A DNA stretch of 64,000 nucleotides from Candidatus Levyibacteriota bacterium (GTDB lineage: Bacteria; Patescibacteriota; Microgenomatia; Levybacterales; UBA12049). Under the pieces are notes generated by a model, which saw nothing but the letters and a program-made list of their open reading frames with translations, searched no databases and was not told the DNA's origin. Positions 51,563 through 62,406 of the stretch are shown one piece after another. Position numbers and translations under genes: made by a program. Within the stretch, counting starts at the first letter, position 1; every line of letters begins with the position of its first letter. Where the stretch lies: the NCBI GenBank assembly GCA_963716145.1, contig OY970292.1:469171-533170 (forward strand), given 5' to 3'.

Positions 51563-52114
51563 TCATACTTTTTCTATTCCTGAAATTTCTTTCGCCACAA
51601 CATAATTAACAAAAGGTGCTATTCCAAGCGCGTGACGAAGGAAATCAATCTCATTCTTGCACTCATGCCGGGAAACAAAAACACTTTTTTGCAGCTGCTC
51701 AAATTCAAGATCCTTTAGCTTTCTTCGAAAAATTTCGCGGGCTTGTTTTTTCGCTTCAGGAATATCAAAAATAATAATTCTCCATAACTTGTCCCATTTT
51801 TTAGCTTTTTTTATTTGAAGATTGTCGATTGAAAATTGCAGATTTTTCTTCTTACCATTTTCAGTTAAAAAAAGCCGTACTTCTCCCCCCACTTCTTTCC
51901 AAGCGACAACAGACTGTTTTTCTAGCCGTTTTATGGTTGATCCCAATACGCCCCTTCTTCGCGCCTCTTCCCATTTCTGTTTTTTGAATTCTTTATAAAT
52001 TATTCCCGCAGCGGGAAATACAAGAGCCGTGCCTATCGCTGCCCCACCTGCAAGAAGAGCTAATAGCCCTTTTGTCAAACCTCTAGACGTCACCGTCTCT
52101 CTTTTTTCTACCAT
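51563..52114 (-). CDS. PaaX-like regulator (wHTH + Cas2-like domain)
   Basis: LTENG wing followed by WDKLWRIIIFDIPE...LQKSVF. Confidence 0.8.
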   Translation of the reverse strand: MVEKRETVTSRGLTKGLLALLAGGAAIGTALVFPAAGIIYKEFKKQKWEEARRRGVLGSTIKRLEKQSVVAWKEVGGEVRLFLTENGKKKNLQFSIDNLQIKKAKKWDKLWRIIIFDIPEAKKQAREIFRRKLKDLEFEQLQKSVFVSRHECKNEIDFLRHALGIAPFVNYVVAKEISGIEKV

Positions 52115-52230
52115 ACATCTAATTATGGCGATCGCACATAAAAGTTGTCAATAGATGCTTTATTTTATAAGAATACCAGGATGTGTCCGTAGACAACCTT
52201 GACCACAAATTGTGCTATAATTTCAAAATT

Positions 52231-52560
52231 ATGGGTGAATTAATAAAACCAAACCCAAACAAGACAGCGTGGTCTGGATCAGAACCCACTGCGACAGCTA
52301 TGGCAGGAATGCTAAATGAGGTTGGGGCAGGCCCTACAGGAAAAAAAGTTGGAACAAATATGACTTGCTACACAGATGCTTTGGGACATACCACAGTTAT
52401 AAATCCCACTGTTGTCTTAGATGTATTTTCATTATCTCCTGAAGGGAAAGCATTGCGATTCGAATTGGGCGAACGCGCAACTCTGGCTTTAGCTATGGAG
52501 GAAAATCGTCAATTAATGAGAGACTCATTAAGGAGATGGCGCGCTAAGAACAATAGATAA
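52231..52560 (+). CDS. Hypothetical protein
   Basis: TATAAT 9 nt upstream of ATG 52231. Confidence 0.5.
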   Translation: MGELIKPNPNKTAWSGSEPTATAMAGMLNEVGAGPTGKKVGTNMTCYTDALGHTTVINPTVVLDVFSLSPEGKALRFELGERATLALAMEENRQLMRDSLRRWRAKNNR

Positions 52561-52579
52561 GATACATCTCGAGTAAAAC

Positions 52580-54412
52580 TTACCTTTTCGTGAAATACGC
52601 CTCCAGGATCTTCTTCGCAATTGGTGCTGCCTCATTTGACCCTTCACCGCTCTCCTCATTGAGGACTGTTACAACAATTTCAGGATTATATGCCGGTGCA
52701 AAAAGCGTGATCCATGCATGAGGCAATGTTTTCTCTCCACCATGCTGGGCAGTTCCCGTCTTGCATGCAATCTTAACTTCCCGGAGATCTTTTGCAGCAG
52801 CAGATCCGCTCGCTTGTTTTACTTCCAAAATATTTTTTCCGTCAATTCTTAATTCTGAATTCTTAATTCTGAAGTTAAAAAGCGGCCAGGCTACCCCGCC
52901 AGTTGAGCAACTCTCAATCATCCCCTGCCGGATCAAGCTAATCGTTTTTTCGTCCAGTAATTTTTGATTTCTGATTTTTGATTTCTGATTTTTGAGCAAA
53001 TGTGGTTCGTATAAAGAACCACCATTTGCGACTACCTCTGTCCATTCATTCACTTGAAGAGGTGTTGTCAGGAGAAATCCCTGTCCAATTCCATAATGAT
53101 AAGTATCTCCCAAATACCAATTCTCCCCAATTATATCTTTTTTCCATTTTTCCGTTGGGACCAGTCCTTTCGCTTCCCCACCCAAATCAATGCCTGTTTT
53201 TGCTCCCAATCCAAATTTTTCTGCCATTTCGGATAGCTTGTCAGCGCTTACTTTCTCTGCTAATTTGTAGAAAAAAATGTCGTTGGATCTAGCCAATGCC
53301 CTTACAACATTTAACTCTCCTGGTTCTGTCCTGCCGTATCCTGTATAATACCAATTGGCAAAAGAGAACTCCCCAACTTTTATAATCCCGGTATCCCTTA
53401 TCCGATAATTCTCATCAATAATTTTGTCTGCGAGTCCAGTCGATGCCGTTACTATTTTAAAGGTCGATCCTGGCGGATAAGTTCCCCCAATTGCTCGGTT
53501 AAGAAGCGGCTGGTTTTGCGAATCAGATAAAATTTCGCTTACGTTTTTGTGAGCACTATCCGAAGCCGCCCTGTAAGTCTTGTCTAGCGTAAAAAGATTG
53601 GGATCAAAAGATGGTCTTGAAATCAAAGACAAAATTTCGCCATTCGGAGTTGATACAATTACAGCCCCTTTTTTAACATTTTTTGTGGCATCAAAAGCTG
53701 CTTGCTGAAGTTTTGAGTCGATAGTTAAGGTGAGATCTTGCCCTGCAATAGAATCTGTTGTCCCCAGTGGGCGGACTTTTTTGCCCATGGCGTCGACTTC
53801 GACAAGCTGTTTGCCGTCAACTCCTTTAAGAATATGTTCATACTGCCTTTCAATTCCATTTTTACCAATCCAGTCCGTGCCGCGGTAATCGCCAAACTCA
53901 GTAGTATCAAGCTCAGATTTTGAAATCTGACCAATGTATCCCAATACGTGACTCAGACTGTCTTTGTAGACATAGTCTCTTAGCGAATCAACCTCCAGAT
54001 TCTTATCTCCTTTTGCAATCAACGGCAGGGCCTGCTCTTTCGAAAGCGGCACGGTAGTTTCTGGTTCACACTTTTGCGCTTTTTCGCTCTTGCACTCTTG
54101 CACTTTATTATTTATCTGCCTGAAACCGGGCTTATTTAGAACAAGGGGAACTCCACTGCGGTCAAATATAACCCCTCGGGGGGCATGGATGACTTGGGTT
54201 CTGATTCTATTGGAATCGGACAGAATACGATAATCAGCACCTTTAATAACCTGCAGATAAAATAACTTTGGCAGGAGAATAATTCCAACCCCCAGCAACA
54301 CAAGCGGCAGTAAAAACCCCCGCACAGCATATGCAGATGGACCATCTGAATAGCGCCTCTTTTTAATTTTCTCGGTTTTTATGTGCTCTCCAAAAGCGTA
54401 TCCGGTCTTCAT
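52580..54412 (-). CDS. mrdA: Penicillin-binding protein 2
   Basis: PPGSTFK, SND and KTG motifs; lies in the mre cluster. Confidence 0.92.
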   Translation of the reverse strand: MKTGYAFGEHIKTEKIKKRRYSDGPSAYAVRGFLLPLVLLGVGIILLPKLFYLQVIKGADYRILSDSNRIRTQVIHAPRGVIFDRSGVPLVLNKPGFRQINNKVQECKSEKAQKCEPETTVPLSKEQALPLIAKGDKNLEVDSLRDYVYKDSLSHVLGYIGQISKSELDTTEFGDYRGTDWIGKNGIERQYEHILKGVDGKQLVEVDAMGKKVRPLGTTDSIAGQDLTLTIDSKLQQAAFDATKNVKKGAVIVSTPNGEILSLISRPSFDPNLFTLDKTYRAASDSAHKNVSEILSDSQNQPLLNRAIGGTYPPGSTFKIVTASTGLADKIIDENYRIRDTGIIKVGEFSFANWYYTGYGRTEPGELNVVRALARSNDIFFYKLAEKVSADKLSEMAEKFGLGAKTGIDLGGEAKGLVPTEKWKKDIIGENWYLGDTYHYGIGQGFLLTTPLQVNEWTEVVANGGSLYEPHLLKNQKSKIRNQKLLDEKTISLIRQGMIESCSTGGVAWPLFNFRIKNSELRIDGKNILEVKQASGSAAAKDLREVKIACKTGTAQHGGEKTLPHAWITLFAPAYNPEIVVTVLNEESGEGSNEAAPIAKKILEAYFTKR

Positions 54413-54508
54413 AGATAATTTTCAGTTTTCAATTTAAAATTTGAAATGAATATCCAATGTTATAAATTTAAATTTTTAAAATTTAGGATTTAATGAAAAT
54501 TGAAAATT

Positions 54509-54913
54509 TCAAATTGAAAATTTTGTGGTTTTCATAATAGCAAATAAAGATACTGCAATTATACAACTAACTCCTGCTTGCAAAAATACTCCTCCGTGCC
54601 CAAAAACCAGCAAATACACGTATGCTCCCGCAAATGAACTGACTATTATGAAGGGATACGAATGTATTTCATACTTGCGCTGATACAAAAGCACCATTAA
54701 AAAAAACAGCAATAAAAAAATGCTTGATGATCCTAAAATTCTGAGATTAAATATATCCAAAAATATACCTGCCGCAAAAGCAAGTGCAAAAATAATAGAC
54801 GTTCTTTTTGCAATACTAATACTCAGAAGAAGTACAAAACTCAGGGGGATTGAAATAACAGTTGCCTCAAAAAGAGCAGAAATAAAGAGTAAAACTAACA
54901 AAATTACGAACAT
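54509..54913 (-). CDS. mreD: MreD-like membrane protein
   Basis: Hydrophobic, with AFAAGIFLD...LG; lies between mreC and mrdA. Confidence 0.7.
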   Translation of the reverse strand: MFVILLVLLFISALFEATVISIPLSFVLLLSISIAKRTSIIFALAFAAGIFLDIFNLRILGSSSIFLLLFFLMVLLYQRKYEIHSYPFIIVSSFAGAYVYLLVFGHGGVFLQAGVSCIIAVSLFAIMKTTKFSI

Positions 54914-54966
54914 AAACTTATAACTTATAACTTATAACTTATAACTGAGTTATCAGTTATCGGTCA

Positions 54967-55724
54967 TCAGTTATTAGTGGTGATCACAAACACAGTCTCC
55001 AATTTGTTAAAATCAACCAAACTTCTTATATCCGCGGATTGAAATAGATTGCTTGCTTTTTTATTTACTGACACTATTTTTCCGACTACCAGATCAGGCG
55101 GAAATCCTAGACCATTTTCGTCCGTATCTCCCTTTGTGCTGACCAAATCGTCTTTTTCCAATCCTTCTGCCAAAACTACATTATCAAGCACCAGTCCTCC
55201 CGCTTGTCCACGTATTATTCCGAGGAGCCTGTTTTAAGTGTTTTTGCGGTAAATGATATGTTGCTTGAAATAAGCCTTATAATTGAAAGATGTTGAGATG
55301 CTTTGTCTACCTTACCAACCAGATTGTCTTTTACAACAACCACCTGCCCCTTTTTTATGCCGTCTGCCTGTCCTTTGTCTATTATGATAGTCTCCCCCAT
55401 CCCACCTATTACCATTGCCGGTAAAAGCGTTCTTGGGGATGGATTTGCGGTTTCGAATTGATCCCTAAGGGCCTGGATTTCATGTACCTGTTCTGTCTGC
55501 TTTACTAGCTCTGATGCCAATTTTGCATTTTCCTCTCGCAACTTTACTGTCTCTCCTCTATCTGAATTTATTGTGCCAAAAACCGTCCGCTGCAAAGGAA
55601 GTGTTGCACCCTCAAAAAAACCGGTTAAACCGGCGAGATATCCGGCGCGGGATAAAACAAAAAGAAGTATTGCAAGAATAAAAAAAATCAAAAAAACAGG
55701 GAAAAAGCTCTTCCTCTTTTGCAT
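54967..55724 (-). CDS. mreC: Rod shape-determining protein MreC (frameshift near 55225)
   Basis: IDKG..DGI..G, LVG and FPPDLVVG motifs. Adding one C gives KTGSLGIIRGQ and joins the two ORFs. Confidence 0.85.
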
Positions 55725-55790
55725 AAGGCTATTATATGAGGTTTGCCAATTTATGGCAACCGGAGCAGAATTAAATAGTTGCTTTACGGA

Positions 55791-56090
55791 TTATCTTAAT
55801 TTCCAGAGAGTAACAACATCAGGATAATATCCGCCCAAATTCTCACGCCTAGAACTTACTACTCCACTTTCATTTAACCTAGAAAGAGCCCGCCTTAGTC
55901 TTACCGGATGTAAACCAAACGGTTTTTCTCCGCTTCGTTCTCTGTGATGATTTATCGTTCGCGCTATTTGAAACTGTCTAGGTTCTTCTACATCTTCATC
56001 CCGTAAACCACGCATGGCTCGAGGAATGTCAGTCAGTAATTCCTGCCGTTCTCTCCATTTCCTATCTCGTCTTTCTGCCAAAGCTCCCAT
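55791..56090 (-). CDS. Small Arg-rich wHTH-like hypothetical protein
   Basis: QIA...LRRALSRL..SGVV...W pattern. Confidence 0.55.
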   Translation of the reverse strand: MGALAERRDRKWRERQELLTDIPRAMRGLRDEDVEEPRQFQIARTINHHRERSGEKPFGLHPVRLRRALSRLNESGVVSSRRENLGGYYPDVVTLWKLR

Positions 56091-56162
56091 AAATGTATCA
56101 TGTCAAAAACATTTATTGCTTGTCAACCTGCCTCAACTCCTATTAATAATGGCAACTTATCG

Positions 56163-56492
56163 TTAGACTTTTGCAGCTTCAGAAGGAACAAGAGGAGCCC
56201 AAACAAGTCTTGAATTTTTATCAACCTTGGATTTTGCTTTTTTTTCCCTTCTAAGTGCTTCGAGTGCTCTCTCAACCCTTCTAACTGATGGAACAGAAAA
56301 GAAACCCGCTTTTTTACCTCCTATAATCCTTTGCCTGCCTACTTGGTGGGCAATATCTAGAGAATCAAATGCTGGCCTAACCATTCTCTCTTTTCCGCGT
56401 TCATAAAGCGTAATAAGTGCACCATTTACCTCCCCGGGAAACTGCTCACGTCTTTGTCTTCTTTCAGCAAATACTTCTGCCGGACTTCTCAT
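56163..56492 (-). CDS. Small Arg-rich wHTH-like hypothetical protein
   Basis: DIA...VERALEAL...W pattern. Confidence 0.55.
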   Translation of the reverse strand: MRSPAEVFAERRQRREQFPGEVNGALITLYERGKERMVRPAFDSLDIAHQVGRQRIIGGKKAGFFSVPSVRRVERALEALRREKKAKSKVDKNSRLVWAPLVPSEAAKV

Positions 56493-56531
56493 ATTATATT
56501 GCAGTATATCAAAAGATTTTTAACTGTCAAC

Positions 56532-57655
56532 CTATCTCAATCCCCCAATTACCTTCACCCTCTCAAGTAACTGTTCGTTTTCCAGAACTTTTCCGGTACC
56601 ACGTACTACCGATGTCATTGGGTCGGATGAGACAAAAACAGGCATATGCACCCTCTCAACAATCAGCTGATCAAAACCTTCCAGGTTGGCACCTCCTCCT
56701 GTCAGGAGAATTCCTTGCTCCAGGATATCAGGCAAAAGCTCAGGCGGTGTCTCTTCTATCACATCGGCAATAGCCTGAATGATTTTATTTATAACTGGAG
56801 AAAGTGCTTCACGTATTTCTGCTTCTGTTATTTTCAAGCTTTTGGGGAGTCCTGTCTCAATATCCCTCCCCCTGACAATCATAACTTTGCTTGTTTTGTC
56901 CAATTCAGATTTATCGTCATCCTCTTCCTTTCCTTGTTCTAGGTTCTTAGTTCTAAGTTTTGAGCTTCGCTCAAAAGCGCTTCCTATCTTTATTTTTATA
57001 TTTTCAGCAGTTGATTCCCCAAGAAGCATTCCATGACGAAGGCGTACGTAATGCAGAATAGCTTGATCCATCTCATCCCCCGCCAACTTCATAGAGCGCC
57101 CTACAACAATTCCGCCAAGAGAGATAACCGCAATCTCTGTGGTTCCGCCTCCTATATCAACAACCATTACACCTTTTGATTGAAAAATGGAGATATTTTC
57201 ACCAAGCGCCGCTGCCATCGGTTCCTCGATAAGATATGCTTCCCGAGCACCTGCTGACAACGCTGCCTCCCAAACAGCACGTCTTTGTACTTCAGTCACT
57301 GCTGAGGGATCCCGATCACAACTTTTGGCCGCACAAACATCCCGGTCAATTTTCCGCCTAATTCATGAACTTGCTTTATGTAATGAGAGATTAGGGTAAC
57401 TGTAGCGTCAAAATCAGCAATTGTACCACCGGTTAAAGGTCTTACCGTTACAATTGAATCGGGAGTTTTCCCCAGCATTTTTTTGGCTTCCGAGCCTATC
57501 GCGATAATCTGTTTGGTCTTTTTATGTCTTGCCACAACTGCCGGTTCTCTTATAACAATCCCTTTGTCTTTGACAAAAACTAACGTATTGGCAGTACCGA
57601 GGTCAATTCCCATGTCCAAACTAAATAAGCCATAGAAGGAATTTAGTATATTCAT
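56532..57655 (-). CDS. mreB: Rod shape-determining protein MreB (frameshift near 57305)
   Basis: IDLGTANT, IEEPMAAA, DIGGGTT and LTGGG motifs. Adding one base restores VIGIPSAVTEV. Confidence 0.92.
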
Positions 57656-57928
57656 ATCAAAACCAATTCTATCAGCTTGTCCCGTTAGAAATCCAGTATT
57701 AATACTTCTGATTAATATAACAAAATGCATCAATTTTATAAAAGTTAGCTTGAAAATTTTTCTAACGGGGCTTGCCCACATTTTTCCAATATGATAACAT
57801 CATAAAAGAATTTAAAATTTTCAATTTTTAATTTTCATTGAATTTTCAATTATTAAGTTTTTAATGTTTTAAACATTTTAAATTATGATTTCATTGAAAA
57901 TTTCAAATTTCGAATTGAAAATTAAACT

Positions 57929-60406
57929 ATGAAAATCATCAATTATCTCAACCGCATTATTGAATTCTCTTTCTACCTCCTTTTCCTGCTTGTACCTCTG
58001 GTTTTCAGCAGCTCTCCCTCTGAGCTGTTTGAATTCCCCAAAATGTGGCTTACTTTTGGATTAACGATAGTAATTGTCACCTTCTGGATTGTAAAAATGA
58101 TCCTCCAAAGGAGGATTCTTATTCAACGGACACCGCTAGATATTCCTCTCCTTCTTTTCCTTACTTCCCAAATAGTCTCAACTCTTTATTCACTCGATCC
58201 TCACGTCTCTCTCTGGGGATATTATTCACGATTTAATGGCGGACTACTTTCGACAATTTCTTATGTACTTTTGTATTATGCCTTTGTTAGCAATTTTTCA
58301 AACAACGTTGAAGTTAAAAAACCAAATGGACTTATTTATTCAATCTTCGCAATAGGAATTACTCTTCTCCTGAGCCTATCTACAATAGTCATGACAGGAC
58401 TTTCTTTTCTCTCCTTAAGTGTTTTTTTAACCAGCAGCATATTCTTTCTGAGCACTTGGTATCTACCGGGAAGTGTAGCAATGCGAACAATTTCAATAAG
58501 CTTAATATCTGGATCACTTGTCGCACTCTGGGGATTTCCATCACACTTTGGATATGATCCGACTTGTTTTATTTTCAGAGGGAGTTTTGACACATCATGT
58601 TGGACTGAAGCTTTTAAGCCCACAATCCGAATCTTCTCAACTCTTGGCCAGCCTGCATGGCTAGCAGCATATCTATCTATTCTAATACCGCTTGCGATTT
58701 CATATTTTTTGATATCTCGAGAAACGCAAGATACATCTTCAACAAAGAATCAAGAATCAAGAATCAAGAATTACGGAAACCCAAAAAAAAATTATCTTAC
58801 TTCTTACTTCTTACTTCTTACTTCTTTACTCTTTTATGCTTGCCTCACCTACACCGATACCAGAGGCGGATTCATCGGTTTCTGGATCGCCAATCTTATT
58901 TTCTGGGGCTTAGTTTATTTTAAAAAAATTTTATCCGGCAAAAATTTTCTTAAATATTTTCTTATATTTAATCTTTTATTTTTAATCTTTAATTTTCTAC
59001 AAGGTATTCCCATTTCACAAATTTCAAAATTCACTTATCCTGAGCTAAATAAAACACAATCAAGCCCAACTGTAGTACCAAAGCCAGCTGCCGGAGAACT
59101 CGGCGGAACTGATTCCGGCAAAATCCGCCTTTTAGTTTGGCAAGGAGCAATTGATATATGGCAGGACAATCCAATTATCGGCACCGGTGTTGAGACTTAT
59201 GCTTTTGCGTACTATAAATACAAGCCGGTAGCGCACAATCTCACATCCGAATGGGATTATCTCTACAACAAAGCCCACAATGAATACCTGAATTATCTGG
59301 CTACAACAGGGATATTTGGATTGGGAAGCTACTTAGCAATCATCGGGACGTTCCTTTTCCTCTGTCTTAAGCATCTCAAAATTCAAAATTCAAAATTCAA
59401 AACTACAACTCAAAATTCAAAAATTGAAAACTTGGAAAATTCATTGGAAATTGGAAATTGGAAATTGGAAATTGCCCTTATCGCAAGCTATATTTCAATC
59501 CTCGTTTCTAACTTCTTCGGCTTCTCGGTTGTGATCATCAATCTCTATTTCTTTTTAATCCCGGCATTTGTCTTTATACTGGGAAATTTTCTGAGTCCTG
59601 ACAAAGCTTTAGTGTTCCCAAACAATAAATTAAGAGCTGAGAATCAAGAATTAAGGAAAAAAGAAAATATTACAGCGCTACAATGGATTCTTATTGCACT
59701 CTTACTTCTTACTTCTTACTTCTTACTTCTTACTTTAGTACGCTACTGGAATGCTGACATAAATTACGCGATCGGGTCAAATCTTGATAAAGCCGGCAGT
59801 TACCAGGAAGCAACTAAACCGCTCCAAAACGCAGTGGAGGCAAAACCCAATGAACCGGTATACAAAGACGAACTGTCGATAAATTTAGGCACACTCGCCG
59901 CTGCTCTCTACCTACAGAAAGATGCTTCAAGCGGTGCACAGCTTGCCCGTGACGCGATTTCACTTAGCGATCAGGTAGTTGCAAATCACCCCAATGATGT
60001 TGTCTTTTGGAAAAACCGCGTACGGCTTTTCTACACACTTGCACAAGGCGACACAGCGCATGAAAAAAATTACCTTGACCAAGCTCTAAAAGCGATTAAA
60101 AAAACTCAAGAGCTGGCTCCAAATGATGCCAAAATTTCTTATAACTATGCTGTTTTAGCTGGACAGATTAAGACTCCTCAAAAAGGAATTGAGATTCTTG
60201 AAAATACTATTAAATTGAAACCAGACTACCGCGATGCATATTTTGCATTGGGATTGTATTTTCATCAGTTGGCAACAGATAAAGATGGAAATGTTGTGGA
60301 TTCTGCTTTGCAGAAAAAAGCAGTTGACGCTTATAACTACATTCTAAAAAATCTTGATCCAAATGATAAACAAATAAAAGATAGCTTGAAAAGTTGGGAG
60401 AAATAA
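57929..60406 (+). CDS. O-antigen ligase (Wzy_C)-like membrane protein with C-terminal TPRs
   Basis: STLGQP, TRGG, R...W..A, GTG and AHNEYL motifs with a TPR-like C-terminus. Confidence 0.88.
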   Translation: MKIINYLNRIIEFSFYLLFLLVPLVFSSSPSELFEFPKMWLTFGLTIVIVTFWIVKMILQRRILIQRTPLDIPLLLFLTSQIVSTLYSLDPHVSLWGYYSRFNGGLLSTISYVLLYYAFVSNFSNNVEVKKPNGLIYSIFAIGITLLLSLSTIVMTGLSFLSLSVFLTSSIFFLSTWYLPGSVAMRTISISLISGSLVALWGFPSHFGYDPTCFIFRGSFDTSCWTEAFKPTIRIFSTLGQPAWLAAYLSILIPLAISYFLISRETQDTSSTKNQESRIKNYGNPKKNYLTSYFLLLTSLLFYACLTYTDTRGGFIGFWIANLIFWGLVYFKKILSGKNFLKYFLIFNLLFLIFNFLQGIPISQISKFTYPELNKTQSSPTVVPKPAAGELGGTDSGKIRLLVWQGAIDIWQDNPIIGTGVETYAFAYYKYKPVAHNLTSEWDYLYNKAHNEYLNYLATTGIFGLGSYLAIIGTFLFLCLKHLKIQNSKFKTTTQNSKIENLENSLEIGNWKLEIALIASYISILVSNFFGFSVVIINLYFFLIPAFVFILGNFLSPDKALVFPNNKLRAENQELRKKENITALQWILIALLLLTSYFLLLTLVRYWNADINYAIGSNLDKAGSYQEATKPLQNAVEAKPNEPVYKDELSINLGTLAAALYLQKDASSGAQLARDAISLSDQVVANHPNDVVFWKNRVRLFYTLAQGDTAHEKNYLDQALKAIKKTQELAPNDAKISYNYAVLAGQIKTPQKGIEILENTIKLKPDYRDAYFALGLYFHQLATDKDGNVVDSALQKKAVDAYNYILKNLDPNDKQIKDSLKSWEK

Positions 60407-60425
60407 ACTAGAATTCACAATTAGT

Positions 60426-61016
60426 ATGAAGATTGTTCAGGCGCCAAATGAAGTTTTGGCAAATCCCTCCCAACCGGTTAGAAAGATTGATAAATCAATC
60501 CACGCTCTTCTTAAAGAGATGGAGAAATCACTTCTTACGGCAACAGATCCTGAAGGAGTTGGCCTCGCTGCACCGCAAATCGGCAAGGGCCTACAAATTT
60601 TCATAGTCAAAGAAAATCCTGAAGCAAAGTTAAAGGTATTTATAAATCCGGTTATTGAAAGTTTTGTAGAAAAACCAAAAGAAGAAAATTTAGTTGCCGT
60701 TCAAAGTAAAAAAACCTCAAAAGCCAAGAAAAAGGCAGGCATTAAAAAAGGCGTCCAGCTGGAAGGCTGCCTCTCACTTAAAGATATTTGGGGAGTTGTC
60801 AAGCGTCATGACGAAGTTGTTTTATCCTTCATGGATGAAAATGGTGTGCAGCACAAAAAGACATTTGATGGGTTTCTGAGCGTAATTATTCAGCATGAAT
60901 ACGACCATCTGCAGGGAATTCTCTTTCCCAAAAGAGTCCTTGAGCAGAAAGAAAAACTTTACAAATCGGTAAAAAATAAAAAAGGCGAGACGGAATTTGA
61001 GGAACTGGAAATTTAA
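60426..61016 (+). CDS. def: Peptide deformylase
   Basis: GVGLAAPQIG, EGCLS and QHEYDHLQG motifs. Confidence 0.96.
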   Translation: MKIVQAPNEVLANPSQPVRKIDKSIHALLKEMEKSLLTATDPEGVGLAAPQIGKGLQIFIVKENPEAKLKVFINPVIESFVEKPKEENLVAVQSKKTSKAKKKAGIKKGVQLEGCLSLKDIWGVVKRHDEVVLSFMDENGVQHKKTFDGFLSVIIQHEYDHLQGILFPKRVLEQKEKLYKSVKNKKGETEFEELEI

Positions 61017-61037
61017 ATTTTAAACATTAAAAATTGA

Positions 61038-61904
61038 ATGAAAATTGAAAATTTTAAATTGAAAATTGTTTTTTTGGGTAATACCAAATTCTCGCTCATC
61101 GGTGCACAGATTATTCATCAAAAAATCGGATTGTCTCAAATAGTGACGCTCCCCGACCGGCCTGATAAAAAGGGTAACCCAGCTCCAAACCCTCTAAAAA
61201 CCTTTGCAATTGAAAATAAAATTCCTTATCTTTTGGTTGATAAAATAACCGATGAAATTGTAGCTCAAATTGAGGCATTAAACCCAGATTTTCTGGTAGT
61301 TGAAGACTATGGATTAATTTTGCCCCCCCAACTTCTAACAGTCCCCAAATACCTAAGTCTTAATATCCACCATTCTTTACTGCCAAAATACCGTGGCACT
61401 TCCCCGGCACCCTTTGCTATTTTGGCGGGCGACAAAATAACAGGAGTTACAGTGATTGCGATGAATGACAAAGTAGACGCCGGTGACATTTTGGCGCAAA
61501 AAAATTACGAGATGAAACCCGATGAAACAACAGAAAGTCTTCTGACAGAATTAAATAAATTGGGCGGAGAAATAATAATTCCTGTTATAGAGAATTACGC
61601 AAAAGGAAAAATAGACGCCAAAAAACAGGATGAGTCAAAAGCAACTTACACAATGCGCATGAGCAAATCTGATGGACAGATTGATCTAAATAAGCCGCCG
61701 GATAAAGCCAAACTCGACCGCATGATTAGAGCATATTATCCCTGGCCGACCGTATGGACCAAAGCAAGAATTAAGAATCAAGAATTAAGAATAAAGTTCT
61801 TGCCCAAGCAAAAACTTCAAGTGGATGGCGGCAAACCAATGAGTCTTAAAGATTTTTTCAACGGCTATCCGGAATTGAAAAACCAAATAGAAAAATTGGT
61901 TTAG
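61038..61904 (+). CDS. fmt: Methionyl-tRNA formyltransferase
   Basis: NIHHSLLPKYRG, DAGDI and IRAYYPWP motifs; adjacent to def. Confidence 0.93.
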   Translation: MKIENFKLKIVFLGNTKFSLIGAQIIHQKIGLSQIVTLPDRPDKKGNPAPNPLKTFAIENKIPYLLVDKITDEIVAQIEALNPDFLVVEDYGLILPPQLLTVPKYLSLNIHHSLLPKYRGTSPAPFAILAGDKITGVTVIAMNDKVDAGDILAQKNYEMKPDETTESLLTELNKLGGEIIIPVIENYAKGKIDAKKQDESKATYTMRMSKSDGQIDLNKPPDKAKLDRMIRAYYPWPTVWTKARIKNQELRIKFLPKQKLQVDGGKPMSLKDFFNGYPELKNQIEKLV

Positions 61905-61909
61905 TATAT

Positions 61910-62266
61910 TTACCTTCTCTGAGGGGGATCTTTTACGATAACAACAACTACTCGGCCTTTTCTATTATCATCAGGTTTCCAGCTATAAGAATATCCTTCC
62001 GGTGCTTTAAGTTCCCATTTATCTCCAGGACGTTTCCGCACCATAAATTCACGCAAGTTAATTTTACCCAAAGCTGCCCTAGTATCGGCCACTGGTCCAT
62101 CCAAACCCCCAGCTTCAGATGTAGAAAGAGGCTTACGATTACCATTCCCATTAAGAAATTCAACTTTGGCTAATATTTCTCGCCATACAACTTCATCTAC
62201 TCCCACGCTTCTGGGTATTGGCGATGATGCTTCTCTTCCGCTGCCTGTAGACGCTTCAGTGCTCAT
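61910..62266 (-). CDS. Hypothetical protein
   Basis: ATG ORF filling the gap. Confidence 0.55.
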   Translation of the reverse strand: MSTEASTGSGREASSPIPRSVGVDEVVWREILAKVEFLNGNGNRKPLSTSEAGGLDGPVADTRAALGKINLREFMVRKRPGDKWELKAPEGYSYSWKPDDNRKGRVVVVIVKDPPQRR

Positions 62267-62406
62267 TATTTATCTTGGGGAATTATACCAAGAAAAAGTC
62301 GAAAATTGAAGTGGGAAAACCAATGATCTTAAAGATTTTGCAATCTGCTTATGAGCGGCTATCCTGATACAAAAAATGTAGCTAAAAGTTTGCCTAATTT
62401 TCAATT

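Noticed and set aside
51563-52114. Cas2 / CRISPR-Cas locus
   Set aside because: The Cas2-like FDIPE...LQKSVF domain is fused to a wHTH, as in PaaX-like proteins. I saw no cas1 and no repeat-spacer array in the window.
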